NCBI GenBank assembly: GCA_963701295.1
Contig: OY969585.1
Coordinates: 320,001-384,000 of the forward strand
Length of the DNA stretch: 64,000 bases
Direction of reading: 5' to 3'
Origin: Ignavibacteriota bacterium
GTDB taxonomy: Bacteria; Bacteroidota; Ignavibacteria; UBA10030
Shown here: positions 20,034 through 30,551 of the stretch, piece by piece
How positions within the stretch are numbered: the stretch's first letter is position 1
Layout of the letters: each line of letters begins with the position of its first letter
Notes under the pieces: generated by a model
The model's input: only the letters and a program-made list of their open reading frames with translations
Database searches by the model: none
What the model was told of the DNA's origin: nothing
Made by a program: the position numbers and the translations under genes

Positions 20034-20858
20034 CTATTCCGGAGGATTCCAGCCTTTATGGTTCCATTGCTTTAATTCAATCTTGACAGTGCCGAGAATG
20101 ACTTTCATTTCAGCGGTAATCGGAATTGCCTCAGTATCATTGCTGAACCATCCTTTGAAATCGCCTGTGAGACCCAATATCCCCTCAAGTTTCATTTTGC
20201 CTGATAACTCCACCACTTGAATGGGTTTTTCCCATGCTTTGATATTCACTTTCGAATGGGGATGGAGAGGATAGAACAACGTTTCCCCCAATTTTTCATT
20301 CGAGACAGTCGGATATGAAAACGAATCTTGGACTTGCAATAGATCGCGCGCTAAAAAGATAAGCGATATCCCGTCTTGAATGGGAGTTTTTACGATACGA
20401 AGAGTATCACAAACAACAGAATGCTGAGGTGAAGAGTCTAAGGTTTCTTGAGATGCTTCTTCGACGATGATAATTTTTTCCAATAAATGATAACGATAGA
20501 GTACCTTTTGCCACTCGCCATCCTGTTTCTCATAAGAATAGGAACTAAGTGAATTAAAAGAGGAATCCATTTCCGTATAAGCGACCAAATGAATATCCAC
20601 AAACGGCAAGCCTGAACGAGAATCAATATATGCTACAGCTTTATGCTTCCTTGATTCTGAAATTTCCGGCACAGACAATGTTTTCAATCGAATGGTTCCT
20701 AAATTGATTCCAGACCAACTGACTTCATACAATAATTCCTCACCCTGAACATAGAAGGATGTGTTTGCCGGTTGTGCATGATCAGCGGAGAATGTTATTG
20801 ACCGTACAAGCATTGTCATTGGTATTGCGAGGATAAATATTATAATAGGTGATTTCAT
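20034..20858 (-). CDS. DUF3108-like secreted protein
   Basis: Signal peptide; GEELLYEVSW...; WFSND...IP..AEMKVILG.VKIEL. Confidence 0.7.
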   Translation of the reverse strand: MKSPIIIFILAIPMTMLVRSITFSADHAQPANTSFYVQGEELLYEVSWSGINLGTIRLKTLSVPEISESRKHKAVAYIDSRSGLPFVDIHLVAYTEMDSSFNSLSSYSYEKQDGEWQKVLYRYHLLEKIIIVEEASQETLDSSPQHSVVCDTLRIVKTPIQDGISLIFLARDLLQVQDSFSYPTVSNEKLGETLFYPLHPHSKVNIKAWEKPIQVVELSGKMKLEGILGLTGDFKGWFSNDTEAIPITAEMKVILGTVKIELKQWNHKGWNPPE

Positions 20859-20872
20859 CGCTACTGCATTTT

Positions 20873-21988
20873 CTAAATAAATAAAATACTTTCCACATAA
20901 CGTGCAATAGCCGGCGAGGATGTCAATCCTGGCGATTCGATTCCAATCAGGTTGACAAATCCGGACAAGCCGCGATCTTTCTCGTGGACGATAACAAAGT
21001 CGCGCGAGGGTCGTCCTTTTCTTTGAAGTTTTGGACGAATGCCACTCATATCAGGTGTAATATCTTCATCGTTGATCGCAGGCAAAATACGTCGGATGGA
21101 TTCTGCAAATGCATGCTGCTTCTCTTCTGCCACCTTATAGTCGAGTAAGCGGCCTTCGAGATATTCAATATCAGGTCCGAATTTCAGCCGTCCCCCCCAA
21201 TCTATTAACGCATGAACTCCAAGTCCCTCATTGACTGGGACAGGATACACGAGCCGGGACACAAGATTTGCCTTCGAAGGTGTGATAGCAAAGTACGATC
21301 CCTTGACAAAATTGAGGCGTAAGTCCTCTTTATCGATGTTGATACCCATCATCTGCGCGATGAGATCGGAACCGAGACCGGCCGCATTGATGACAATCTC
21401 ACTGCTTACGCTCGATTGAGTTCCAACATCGACAACGGTTAAATCATATTCACCATTGTTTTTTTGAATATCCATCACTTGACAGCGATGCTGAACTAAT
21501 CCTCTATTGGACTGAATTGTTTGGAAAAAGAAATCCATCAGATCATGAACACTGATGATGCCTGTCAGCGGAGAAAATAATGCTCCTACCGTTTTGATAT
21601 TGGGCTCTAATTTCAATGCGGCGGCTTTATCCAACAGTTGAAGCTCTACGCCATTGTCAGCCGCGTTTCTTTGGATACTTTCAAGCTTTTCTAATTCTGC
21701 CGGTATTGTCGCTGTAATCAGTTTTGTCAGCGGTTTATAGATAATGTCGTGTTCTTTGCATAACGCATATAATTCGTCTCTTCCTTCCACACAGAGACTC
21801 GCTTTGAGAGAGCCCGGTTCATAGTAGATCCCTGCGTGAATCACTTCGCTGTTACGGCTCGATGTCTCCATTCCGTACTTTTCATTCTTTTCGAGCACTA
21901 CAAGACGTGGATGTTTTTCAGAAAGACGTGCCGCAATGGCAAGTCCTACCACACCCGCGCCTATTACTGCAATCTCGAAATCTGCCAT
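20873..21988 (-). CDS. L-2-hydroxyglutarate oxidase-like FAD oxidoreductase
   Basis: GAGVVG, TSSRNSEVIHAG, GIRPKL, GIESPGLTSS. Confidence 0.88.
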   Translation of the reverse strand: MADFEIAVIGAGVVGLAIAARLSEKHPRLVVLEKNEKYGMETSSRNSEVIHAGIYYEPGSLKASLCVEGRDELYALCKEHDIIYKPLTKLITATIPAELEKLESIQRNAADNGVELQLLDKAAALKLEPNIKTVGALFSPLTGIISVHDLMDFFFQTIQSNRGLVQHRCQVMDIQKNNGEYDLTVVDVGTQSSVSSEIVINAAGLGSDLIAQMMGINIDKEDLRLNFVKGSYFAITPSKANLVSRLVYPVPVNEGLGVHALIDWGGRLKFGPDIEYLEGRLLDYKVAEEKQHAFAESIRRILPAINDEDITPDMSGIRPKLQRKGRPSRDFVIVHEKDRGLSGFVNLIGIESPGLTSSPAIARYVESILFI

Positions 21989-22066
21989 ATTAGGAAAATA
22001 CTAAATCGTTCTTTAAAGGACACGTACAATCTTGATTGACTCCTTTTTGCTTCGTATGTTATACAT

Positions 22067-22552
22067 ATGAAAAAAGCAAAAAACCAAACCCAGATGTTTC
22101 TCCAACTTATCGATGAAGCATATAAAAGCAAGGCCTGGCATGGAACGAGTCTGCACGGCTCAATTCGTGGTTTATCTGCACAACAAGCAGCGTGGCGTCC
22201 TTTATCGACACGGCACAATATTTGGGAGATTATGGTACATGCAGCTTATTGGAAGCACATCGTCCGACGGCGTTTGCGTGGAGAGAAAAAAGGCTCATTT
22301 CCATTAAAAGGAAGTAATTGGATCAAACGTCCAATTGTTTTGAGCGAGAACGCTTGGCATGAAGACATTCGCCTGCTTGATGAAATGCATCGCTCAATGC
22401 GTGAAGCGATTGCTCTGATCAAACCATCCGATCTCGACCGAAAACCTGCCGGCAGTAAGGTTTCCAATGCATCCATCATTTCAGGAATTGCCTGCCACGA
22501 TGTTTATCATACTGGACAGATACAATTGCTTAAACGATTGATGAAACAGTGA
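22067..22552 (+). CDS. DinB-family protein
   Basis: AWHG, HNIWEIMVHAAYW, HDVYHTGQI. Confidence 0.85.
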   Translation: MKKAKNQTQMFLQLIDEAYKSKAWHGTSLHGSIRGLSAQQAAWRPLSTRHNIWEIMVHAAYWKHIVRRRLRGEKKGSFPLKGSNWIKRPIVLSENAWHEDIRLLDEMHRSMREAIALIKPSDLDRKPAGSKVSNASIISGIACHDVYHTGQIQLLKRLMKQ

Positions 22553-23790
22553 CCAGCGACTCACCTTCTCAAAAACCAAGCTGGCGAAAAACCTTCGCAG
22601 CACTCAAACATCGCAACTATCGTCTGTGGTTTTATGGACAAATGGTATCGTTATTTGGCACGTGGATGCAGACTACTGCCCAAGGATTTCTCATTTATCA
22701 ATTAACACATTCTTCAGCATATCTTGGGTATGTGGGATTTGCTTCCGGCATTCCTTCGTGGCTTTTTATGATGTATGGTGGAGTTATTGCAGATCGCGTC
22801 TCAAAACGCAAGGTCCTTATCGTTACACAATCCATCATGATGATCCTCGCGTTTATTCTTGCAACACTTGTATTCACAGACACTGTTCAAGCGTGGCATA
22901 TTCTTTTGTTGGCATTCGGTCTAGGATCTGCCAATGCTTTTGATGCACCGGCGCGCCAAGCATTTGTCTCAGAAATGGTGGATCGTGAAGATTTAACGAA
23001 TGCCGTCGCGCTCAATGCAACAATGTTTAATACCGCTCTTATCATCGGTCCGGCAATTGCCGGCATAATTTATGCCGCATTCGGACCCGGGTGGTGTTTT
23101 GCTGTCAACGGGGTCTCATTCATTGCTGTCATCATCGCACTAGCATCGATGCATTTTCTACCACGCACAGAAATTTCACAACATGGTTCCACACTCTCTG
23201 CATTAACGGAAGGGATTAATTATGTACGTCAGCAGCCGACCATTCGTGCACTCATCGGGCTGGTTGCAACAACTAGTTTATTCGGAATGTCTTTAGGAAC
23301 ATTACTCCCTGCTTGGTCAGTGAAAATACTTCACGGTAACGCAGCGACAAACGGACTTCTCTTTTCTGCTCGCGGCGTCGGTTCTCTTTTTGGAGCATTG
23401 ACTATAGCCACCTTCGCGAGATCCCATGTCCGTGGTAAATTTATAACAGCCGGTTCCATCTGCTTTCCCATTTTTATTGCTCTCTTTGCAATGACATATT
23501 GGCTGCCGCTCTCGCTACTATTTATGGTTTTTCTTGGCATAGCTACAATATTTGTTGTTAATTTTTCTAATGCTACCATACAATCGATTGTGCCCGATTC
23601 ACTGAGAGGACGTGTTATGGGTGTATACACCACGATCTTTATGGGATCAATGCCGCTTGGTGCACTTCTGCTAGGAACCATCGCAGAACATGCCGGAGAA
23701 GCAGAAGCGGCATTGTTAAGCTCTGCCTTTGCGTTTTGTATTGCTGGTCTTGTAATGGTCTTCGTACCAAAAATACGTACGTTAGAATAA
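22549..23790 (+). CDS. MFS transporter (DHA3/MFS_3-like)
   Basis: About 12 TMs; GGVIADR, FDAPARQ, LRGRVMG. Confidence 0.9.
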   Translation: MTSDSPSQKPSWRKTFAALKHRNYRLWFYGQMVSLFGTWMQTTAQGFLIYQLTHSSAYLGYVGFASGIPSWLFMMYGGVIADRVSKRKVLIVTQSIMMILAFILATLVFTDTVQAWHILLLAFGLGSANAFDAPARQAFVSEMVDREDLTNAVALNATMFNTALIIGPAIAGIIYAAFGPGWCFAVNGVSFIAVIIALASMHFLPRTEISQHGSTLSALTEGINYVRQQPTIRALIGLVATTSLFGMSLGTLLPAWSVKILHGNAATNGLLFSARGVGSLFGALTIATFARSHVRGKFITAGSICFPIFIALFAMTYWLPLSLLFMVFLGIATIFVVNFSNATIQSIVPDSLRGRVMGVYTTIFMGSMPLGALLLGTIAEHAGEAEAALLSSAFAFCIAGLVMVFVPKIRTLE

Positions 23791-23801
23791 TTTATGAAAT
23801 G

Positions 23802-23831
23802 GAAAAAGGGTGAAACACTCGCTCCACCCTT
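23802..23831 (-). terminator. Probable terminator between the convergent MFS and dctM genes
   Basis: aagggtg/caccctt stem with an A run on the + strand (T run on -). Confidence 0.45.
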
Positions 23832-23857
23832 GCAAACCCATCGTATATGATTCTCCT

Positions 23858-25135
23858 CTACTGGGTTCCCAACGCGTTCACAAGCCACAAACTTAACTCG
23901 GGAATATACGTAATGACCATCAAAGCGATCGCCTCAAACAGGACAAACATGATTACTGCCTTCGAAAGATGGAAGATCGACTTTTCGAATCGAAGGCTGG
24001 AAAGAAACAAATTGAGTCCCATGGGCGGCATGAGGTAGCCGAGTTCAAGATTTGTCAGGAAGATAATGCCAAGATGCACCGGATCAATGTTGAAATGTGC
24101 CGCAATAGGTAAAATGATTGGAACGGAAACGATCGCCGAAAATATCTCCATCATCATACCAATGATGATGAGAAATGCATTTAAAATAAGAAGAAACATA
24201 ATTTTACTGGACACATGCGCTTGAACGATTTCGAATAATCTCTGCGGCACTTGTTGATCGATCAGGAAGTTCATCAATCCTAAAGCACATCCAAGGATCA
24301 TCATAATAGCACCGACTAAAAGCATACTGCGCTTCATAACACGCGGGATATCCCGGAAGATATGAAGATCGCGATAGATAAATACTTCGACCACAAATGC
24401 ATAAAATGCCGTAATCGCTGCTGCTTCCGTTGCAGTGAAGAATCCGCCGTAAATTCCACCGATAACTACAAACGGTAATGGTATTTCCCAAATTGCCGCA
24501 CGCATGGAACTCCATACATTTTTCCATAAGAATGGAATTTTCGGAACATGGAATTTTATGCTCACTCTCAAACTATACGCGCATAAGAACAAAATGAGAA
24601 TGATTCCCGGAACGAGTCCGGCTACAAACAACTTGTTAATACTCACTCCCGCAACAAAACCAAAGAGAATGATGGGAAGACTCGGAGGAAAAAGTAATCC
24701 GATACTTCCCGATGCCGTTACTAATCCAAGCGAAAATTTTTCAGGATATTTTTGTTTTAGGAGAATCGGATATAGAAGTCCACCGAGCGCGACAATGGTT
24801 ACACCGGATGCACCTGTAAATGCAGTAAAGATTGCACAAGTGAACAATGAAACAATCGCTAATCCAGCAGGCATCCATCCGAATAATGCTTCTGCAAGAT
24901 CCACCATTCGCTTAGGAGCTTTGCTTTCTGCAAGCAAATAGCCCGCAAAGGTAAACAAAGGCACAGCGATGAGTGTCGGCTGATCAGCAATTTTACTGTA
25001 TAAATCGATGATGAGGGCAGAAGTATCGATATCAGCAGAGCTGAACGCATACAATCCCACCGCTCCAATGATCGTAAACAACGGTGCACCAAAGAACGCA
25101 ATAAGAAGTAATCCCAAGATTAACCAGATACTCAT
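23858..25135 (-). CDS. dctM: TRAP transporter large permease
   Basis: AVPLF, FTGAS, LLFPPS, PPMGLNLF; ATG 25135 overlaps the dctQ stop. Confidence 0.92.
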   Translation of the reverse strand: MSIWLILGLLLIAFFGAPLFTIIGAVGLYAFSSADIDTSALIIDLYSKIADQPTLIAVPLFTFAGYLLAESKAPKRMVDLAEALFGWMPAGLAIVSLFTCAIFTAFTGASGVTIVALGGLLYPILLKQKYPEKFSLGLVTASGSIGLLFPPSLPIILFGFVAGVSINKLFVAGLVPGIILILFLCAYSLRVSIKFHVPKIPFLWKNVWSSMRAAIWEIPLPFVVIGGIYGGFFTATEAAAITAFYAFVVEVFIYRDLHIFRDIPRVMKRSMLLVGAIMMILGCALGLMNFLIDQQVPQRLFEIVQAHVSSKIMFLLILNAFLIIIGMMMEIFSAIVSVPIILPIAAHFNIDPVHLGIIFLTNLELGYLMPPMGLNLFLSSLRFEKSIFHLSKAVIMFVLFEAIALMVITYIPELSLWLVNALGTQ

Positions 25136-25629
25136 GCGCTGCCGCCTTTCGTTACAGCGGCGTGAGCACGGAGAATTGCTCGAATTGTAAAATGCACGAC
25201 GAGCAGTCCAAAACCAATGGGAATGATACATTGGACACACCACGAAGGAATACCTTGGAACACCATACGTTTATCTGTCATTTCTGATTCAACAAAAACG
25301 CGAGCGGCATTCATTAAAAAGTAACAGACGACCGCGGCAAAGAGATCTGTAAGAACATCGACAGCAGAGCGAATGCGAGGAGGAAGGAATCGCCGCAGGG
25401 CATCAATGTTAATATGCCGTTCTTCACTCGTTGCAATGGCGGCTCCTAGAAATCCAATCCAGAGAACAAGATGTCGCAATAAAATATCTGCACCAAGGAT
25501 TCCTGTATGGAAAACATTCCGCAGCATCACCTGACTAAATGCAACCAGCACCATGGTAGAGAGCATTAGAATGAGTAATGCGCCTTCAGCTTTGTTGAGG
25601 GCAAGGTCTATCGTCTTAAGTATCTTCAT
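25132..25629 (-). CDS. dctQ: TRAP transporter small permease
   Basis: Four TMs; QVMLR, FLGAA, HINID. Confidence 0.88.
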   Translation of the reverse strand: MKILKTIDLALNKAEGALLILMLSTMVLVAFSQVMLRNVFHTGILGADILLRHLVLWIGFLGAAIATSEERHINIDALRRFLPPRIRSAVDVLTDLFAAVVCYFLMNAARVFVESEMTDKRMVFQGIPSWCVQCIIPIGFGLLVVHFTIRAILRAHAAVTKGGSA

Positions 25630-26645
25630 TTGGATTTTCGGCTCTTTCTATAATCATCAACTTCTTTTTCAACCCGCTTCAGAAAACCTTCATCATACAA
25701 TTTGCCTAAAAGCATTCTGCGCGCTCGTGTTCCAGTTTCAACATATTCCTTTATCCCCTTATCATCTGCCTTTGTAAATATGATCCCGCGCTTCTTTAAC
25801 TCGGTCAATGAACTCTGGTTATCTTTACGTCCTAATTCTGAGAGCTTCTTCATATACGTCTTTCCATTGCGGAGAAGTATTTCCTTAAGGTCTGCAGGGA
25901 GGTTGTCATAATATTTTTTCGAGATCACGATTGCCCCTGTTGAACAGGTAAGCGGAAAATCAACCATATATTTCGCTTGCGTATACCATTGAATGGAAAC
26001 ACATGCATACGGTGTCGTATAGAATGCGTTGATGAGGCCGGTTTGTAGAGAAGTATAGACGTTATCGATAGAAAGGGGAATTGGCTTAAGGCCTATTGCA
26101 GCAAACGCGGTTTCAGCAACCGGATCACCTTCCCATACCCACATTTTCTGCTGCTTAATATCAGAAGGTTGACTAATAGGAGCTTTACTGAATACGTATA
26201 CAAATCCGATTTCGACGAGGCCAAGTAATTCGTATCCGTGATTTTCGAACGCCTCGCGAATTTCGTTGTCAAATTTATCATATAGATTATCGGCTTCATC
26301 GCTGGTTTGAATAAGGAAAGGTGCATCCAAAAGCCGGATCTTCGGCGCTATCTCACCAAGCCCAACGCCAGTGAAACCCGCGGCATGCAATTGGCCAACG
26401 GAAATTTTTCGCACCACAGTTTTTTCATCACCCTGCACCATGCCAGGATACATTTTGAATCCAAGGCGTCCGCCGCTTTCCTTCCGGATTGTATTATCAA
26501 ACTCATGCATCACATTCATCCATGTAGCGCCTTCCGGTGCAATGGAAGCAAATTTGATAGTGTACTGCTGACTTAAAGCAAAAGAGAATACTACAGAAAT
26601 GAGTAGTTGAGTAAAAAAATTGATTTTCATAAATCGTTTTGTCAT
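25626..26645 (-). CDS. dctP: TRAP substrate-binding protein (TatP_T type)
   Basis: ASIAPEGATW, GDEK, KMWVWEGDP, SLQTG. Confidence 0.88.
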   Translation of the reverse strand: MTKRFMKINFFTQLLISVVFSFALSQQYTIKFASIAPEGATWMNVMHEFDNTIRKESGGRLGFKMYPGMVQGDEKTVVRKISVGQLHAAGFTGVGLGEIAPKIRLLDAPFLIQTSDEADNLYDKFDNEIREAFENHGYELLGLVEIGFVYVFSKAPISQPSDIKQQKMWVWEGDPVAETAFAAIGLKPIPLSIDNVYTSLQTGLINAFYTTPYACVSIQWYTQAKYMVDFPLTCSTGAIVISKKYYDNLPADLKEILLRNGKTYMKKLSELGRKDNQSSLTELKKRGIIFTKADDKGIKEYVETGTRARRMLLGKLYDEGFLKRVEKEVDDYRKSRKSK

Positions 26646-26658
26646 TTCTATGGTCCTT

Positions 26659-27516
26659 TTAGAATAATTCGTTTGATTGCGCCAGCAGTTTCTGCGCTTT
26701 CTTTTTTGCGATGATATTGGCAAGACGCGCTTCCGGTAAAATATCAGGGGAAGCTTCTACCACCTGTTTCAGTAATGATTCAAACAATGGCTGGTCTTGT
26801 ATCGCCACAGCGTATGTTCGGGCATAATACAATTGTGTCATTAAAAATTTTCCACTATTGAGCGCAAGACATTTTTCAAAATACTCTTTTGATTTATCAG
26901 GATTTCCGCCAAGTGCCTTCGGTGTACTGCCTTCTATCGTACCAAGGAATAAATACGCACTGCCATGATAGAAAGACGGATCTGTCTTCGCAACAAACTC
27001 TATCAGAGCATTCACTTTGCTCAAATCAGCAAGGCCTGCTACATCTGTGCGCGTGATATTGATATAGCTCCCCCAGCTGAAAGCAGTCCAGAAAATGGCA
27101 GGGACATCATCCTTATCAAATGTATTTACTGCTTCACGGAATGCCGTAATATTGCTATCCAAAGCCTCCTTAAATTTTTTATTTTTCACGAGAACTCGCA
27201 TTCCATATTCCTTTGCGCGCAAATAAAAAACGCGTGCCCGCTCCACACTGTCATCCTCGCAAAAAGCCAATGCATAGGCATTGTACCCTTGGGCTGCAAA
27301 TATAAGGAACTGTTCATTCTCCGGGTCGCTCTTGATCATTGCCTCAACGAGTTTGAGGTTACTCCCAAGCGCTTCGTGCGCAAGTTGTAGATCGGATTCC
27401 TCGTTGAATGATGCCAATCCATTATCGAGAATGCCGCCCATCGAACGCAACGCAATGGTTTGGATACAGCCTTCAAAGAGAAATGCTGCCACAATTAAAA
27501 GTATTGTTCTCTGCAT
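26659..27516 (-). CDS. tatT: TRAP-associated TatT lipoprotein
   Basis: Lipobox FEGC; ESDLQLA..ALGSNLK, LGGNP.K..EYFEK; first gene of the TRAP operon. Confidence 0.85.
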   Translation of the reverse strand: MQRTILLIVAAFLFEGCIQTIALRSMGGILDNGLASFNEESDLQLAHEALGSNLKLVEAMIKSDPENEQFLIFAAQGYNAYALAFCEDDSVERARVFYLRAKEYGMRVLVKNKKFKEALDSNITAFREAVNTFDKDDVPAIFWTAFSWGSYINITRTDVAGLADLSKVNALIEFVAKTDPSFYHGSAYLFLGTIEGSTPKALGGNPDKSKEYFEKCLALNSGKFLMTQLYYARTYAVAIQDQPLFESLLKQVVEASPDILPEARLANIIAKKKAQKLLAQSNELF

Positions 27517-27865
27517 AGGTTTTATCTCTATGGTTATACCACTCTAAATATAGACGTGCACTTAAAGAGAAAATATTCTCTGCTTAATAAAAAATATATG
27601 GAAAAATGTGTGGGATTCAAAGATAACCAGATGAAGAGTTTTTCATTTACACAGGATCTTTATGATATTTTTTCTCTTTTGTGCACGTACACAGGATTCA
27701 GTCATTCGATTGTTTCCTTAAAGCAGAATCTACAACTTGAATCTATTACTCCTTCAGTAATCCAAGCATTCCGCTCTTTTTCTCTTCCCATTTGACACTT
27801 TTCCGATAAACGAGTAACTTCTCCCTGCAAGAAAAAATTAACAACTTCACCAAAACAGGATCATT

Positions 27866-28552
27866 ATGCGCATCCTCGTGATTGAGGACGAACAGAAGGT
27901 TGCCCGTTTTCTAAAAAAGGGCTTAGAGGCGGAAGGTTATGAAGTTGAAACCGCCGCCGATGGAAAGACTGGCGAGAAGTGCGCTCGAACAGAAGTGTAC
28001 GATCTCATCCTGCTTGATGTCTTGCTTCCCAAGAAAAATGGTTTTGAAATCCTGCGCGATTTGCGGAAAGATGAAATTCGAATTCCGATTTTGATGCTGA
28101 CAGCTCGCAGTGCGACGGAGGATATCGTGGGCGGGCTTGATCAGGGCGCAGATGATTACCTGACGAAACCATTTGCCTTTAACGTATTGTTAGCACGTAT
28201 TCGCTCATTGATGCGCCGAGGTACAGCCAGGACAAAACTCAAATATGCCGATCTTATTTTGGACACCGTTGCACATACAGCCAGCCGTTCCGGTATTCCC
28301 ATTGAGTTGACTGTACGCGAGTATGCTCTCATCGAATATTTTTTACGTCACCGCGGTAAATTAATTTCGCGCCAGGAGCTTTCAAGGGATATTTGGGGAT
28401 ACAATTTTGACCCAGGCACAAATGTCGTAGATGTGTATGTCAACCACCTGCGAAAAAAAATCGATGCCGATTTCTCGATGAAGCTTCTTCAGACCGAACG
28501 TGGTAAAGGGTACTATCTTTCTGACAAGAAGTTGTCATTCAAGCCATCATGA
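27866..28552 (+). CDS. OmpR-family response regulator (CusR/CzcR-like)
   Basis: REC domain plus wHTH; GADDYLTKPF, TNVVDVYVNHLRKKID. Confidence 0.92.
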   Translation: MRILVIEDEQKVARFLKKGLEAEGYEVETAADGKTGEKCARTEVYDLILLDVLLPKKNGFEILRDLRKDEIRIPILMLTARSATEDIVGGLDQGADDYLTKPFAFNVLLARIRSLMRRGTARTKLKYADLILDTVAHTASRSGIPIELTVREYALIEYFLRHRGKLISRQELSRDIWGYNFDPGTNVVDVYVNHLRKKIDADFSMKLLQTERGKGYYLSDKKLSFKPS

Positions 28553-30036
28553 CTATACTTCATTCTATCCGCACAAAACTTTCATTGTGGTATGCCGCAA
28601 TTCTTGGCGTCACACTTCTCGGCTCAGGTGTTATTGCATATGTTGCATCGCGATCCTCGCTGCTCAATAATCTGGACTATTCCTTAAAGAACGAAGTAGA
28701 ATGGGTAAACGAATTCATCGGCCCGCAAGCGAAGAGAGTAAAGATTAAACGGGCCGCACTCAAAGAACTACAGGAACTCAAGCGCAGCGCTGCACAACAG
28801 GAAGAACAACCGGAAGTAATTGACACAAGCGCCGGTAAGCGTGCTGAAATTGACGAGATGTGGAACCAGATTTACCAGCATACCTTGCTGAGTCCGAGGC
28901 GCCATTATATTCAGATTCTTGACCGCAACGGCGACTTGTTGTATCGATCTCAAAGCCTGCGCGGACATACGATTAGCTACAACGATATTCCGTATCAATG
29001 GATCAATGTTGTCAGTACGAAAGGTCCGGATAACCAGGAAATTCGCCTCGCGTTGACGCAAAACGACTATGTCAAGATTTTTGTGGCGTACCCCCTGGAA
29101 CCGATCTATGAAGTCACGGACAGTGTCTTCTACAACTTTCTCTTCACGACACCATTAGCGCTGTTGATCTCTGTAATTGGCGGTTGGTTTCTGGCGCATA
29201 AATCACTCAAACCCGTTGATGAACTGACGAAGACCGCAAAAGAAATTACTGCGCAAAATCTTAGCCGTCGACTTCCAACGCAACGTGTCAACGATGAACT
29301 TGGACGGCTCACAGAACAATTTAACGATATGATCAGCCGCCTGCAGGCATCATTCGTGCAAATTCAGCAATTCTCATCCGATGCGTCGCACGAGTTACGG
29401 ACGCCGCTCACGATTATGCGCGGTGAAATTGAAGTCGCGCTGCGCAACCAACGGATGTCCAAACAAGCACGCGAACTTTTCATGAGCATGAACGATGAAT
29501 TGGTCCGGCTCTCCTCGATCGTTGAAAGTCTGATGATTCTGGTAAAATCGGATACCGGGCGATTAGTATTTAACATGCAGCCGGTCGCGTTGGATGAATT
29601 CATCCACCAACTCTTTGAAGAGGCACAAGTACTTGCTGAAGCAAAAAAGATCAAGGTAAAGTTAGAGCACTCCGAGGAGCTATACATCAAAGGCGATGCC
29701 GCTCGTTTGAAGCAGCTTTTCTTGAATGTTGTCGATAACGCTATCAAATACACACATCCGCACGGGCTTGTGACACTCTCGCTAAAAAAGGATGCGGAGA
29801 ATGCAGTTATCATGATCAAGGATAACGGTATCGGTATTCCACGAAAGGATCAAAGCAAAATATTTGAACGATTTTACCGGGTAGAGCGAAGCTCCGGAAA
29901 CATTGAAAACACCTCCGGCAGCGGCCTCGGCCTCCCCATCGCCAAGTGGATCGCAGAAGCGCATAATGGCTCAATCGAAGTAAAGAGCAAAGAAGGCAAG
30001 GGAAGCACCTTCACCATCCAGTTACCGATTCTATAG
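28549..30036 (+). CDS. HAMP-containing sensor histidine kinase
   Basis: Two TMs, HAMP, DASHELRTPL, DNAIKY, DNGIG, GSGLGL. Confidence 0.92.
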   Translation: MTILHSIRTKLSLWYAAILGVTLLGSGVIAYVASRSSLLNNLDYSLKNEVEWVNEFIGPQAKRVKIKRAALKELQELKRSAAQQEEQPEVIDTSAGKRAEIDEMWNQIYQHTLLSPRRHYIQILDRNGDLLYRSQSLRGHTISYNDIPYQWINVVSTKGPDNQEIRLALTQNDYVKIFVAYPLEPIYEVTDSVFYNFLFTTPLALLISVIGGWFLAHKSLKPVDELTKTAKEITAQNLSRRLPTQRVNDELGRLTEQFNDMISRLQASFVQIQQFSSDASHELRTPLTIMRGEIEVALRNQRMSKQARELFMSMNDELVRLSSIVESLMILVKSDTGRLVFNMQPVALDEFIHQLFEEAQVLAEAKKIKVKLEHSEELYIKGDAARLKQLFLNVVDNAIKYTHPHGLVTLSLKKDAENAVIMIKDNGIGIPRKDQSKIFERFYRVERSSGNIENTSGSGLGLPIAKWIAEAHNGSIEVKSKEGKGSTFTIQLPIL

Positions 30037-30076
30037 AACACTTGTTAGAAAAGTAAAAAGAACTAACTCAGTGTCA

Positions 30077-30550
30077 TCATTTTTTTTGTCGAAGTGCTTG
30101 AAGAACTATTGGTGGCACAAACTTGCTTACATCACCGCCGAGCCGCGCAATTTCTCGAACGACATTAGAACTGAGATAGGTGTACTTTTCGGTCGGCATA
30201 AGAAAGACGGTCTCCATCTTTTCATCTAACTTCCGATTCATCAGCGCCATCTGTAATTCAAACTCAAAATCCGTCATTGCTCGAAGCCCGCGTACGACAG
30301 CAGTGGCTTTCTTTTGCCGTACGTAATCCACGAGAAGTCCTTGAAAAGAATCGACCTCTACATTCTTGTAACGCTTCGTTACTTGTCGGAGAAGCTTAAT
30401 GCGCTCTTCTTCCGTGAAGAACGGATTCTTGGTCGTGTTCCGCGCAATAGTGATAATGACTTTGTCGAACAGCTTGAGCGCGCGTTCAAGAATATCCAGG
30501 TGCCCATTTGTTACGGGATCGAATGATCCGGGGTAGATAGCAATTTTCAT
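30077..30550 (-). CDS. coaD: Phosphopantetheine adenylyltransferase
   Basis: YPGSFDPVTNGH, RGLRA..DFEFE, LSS. Confidence 0.95.
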   Translation of the reverse strand: MKIAIYPGSFDPVTNGHLDILERALKLFDKVIITIARNTTKNPFFTEEERIKLLRQVTKRYKNVEVDSFQGLLVDYVRQKKATAVVRGLRAMTDFEFELQMALMNRKLDEKMETVFLMPTEKYTYLSSNVVREIARLGGDVSKFVPPIVLQALRQKK

Positions 30551-30551
30551 C

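Noticed and set aside
27556-27795. 79-aa ORF between tatT and the response regulator
   Set aside because: AT-rich divergent promoter region, GTG start, no SD, no motif
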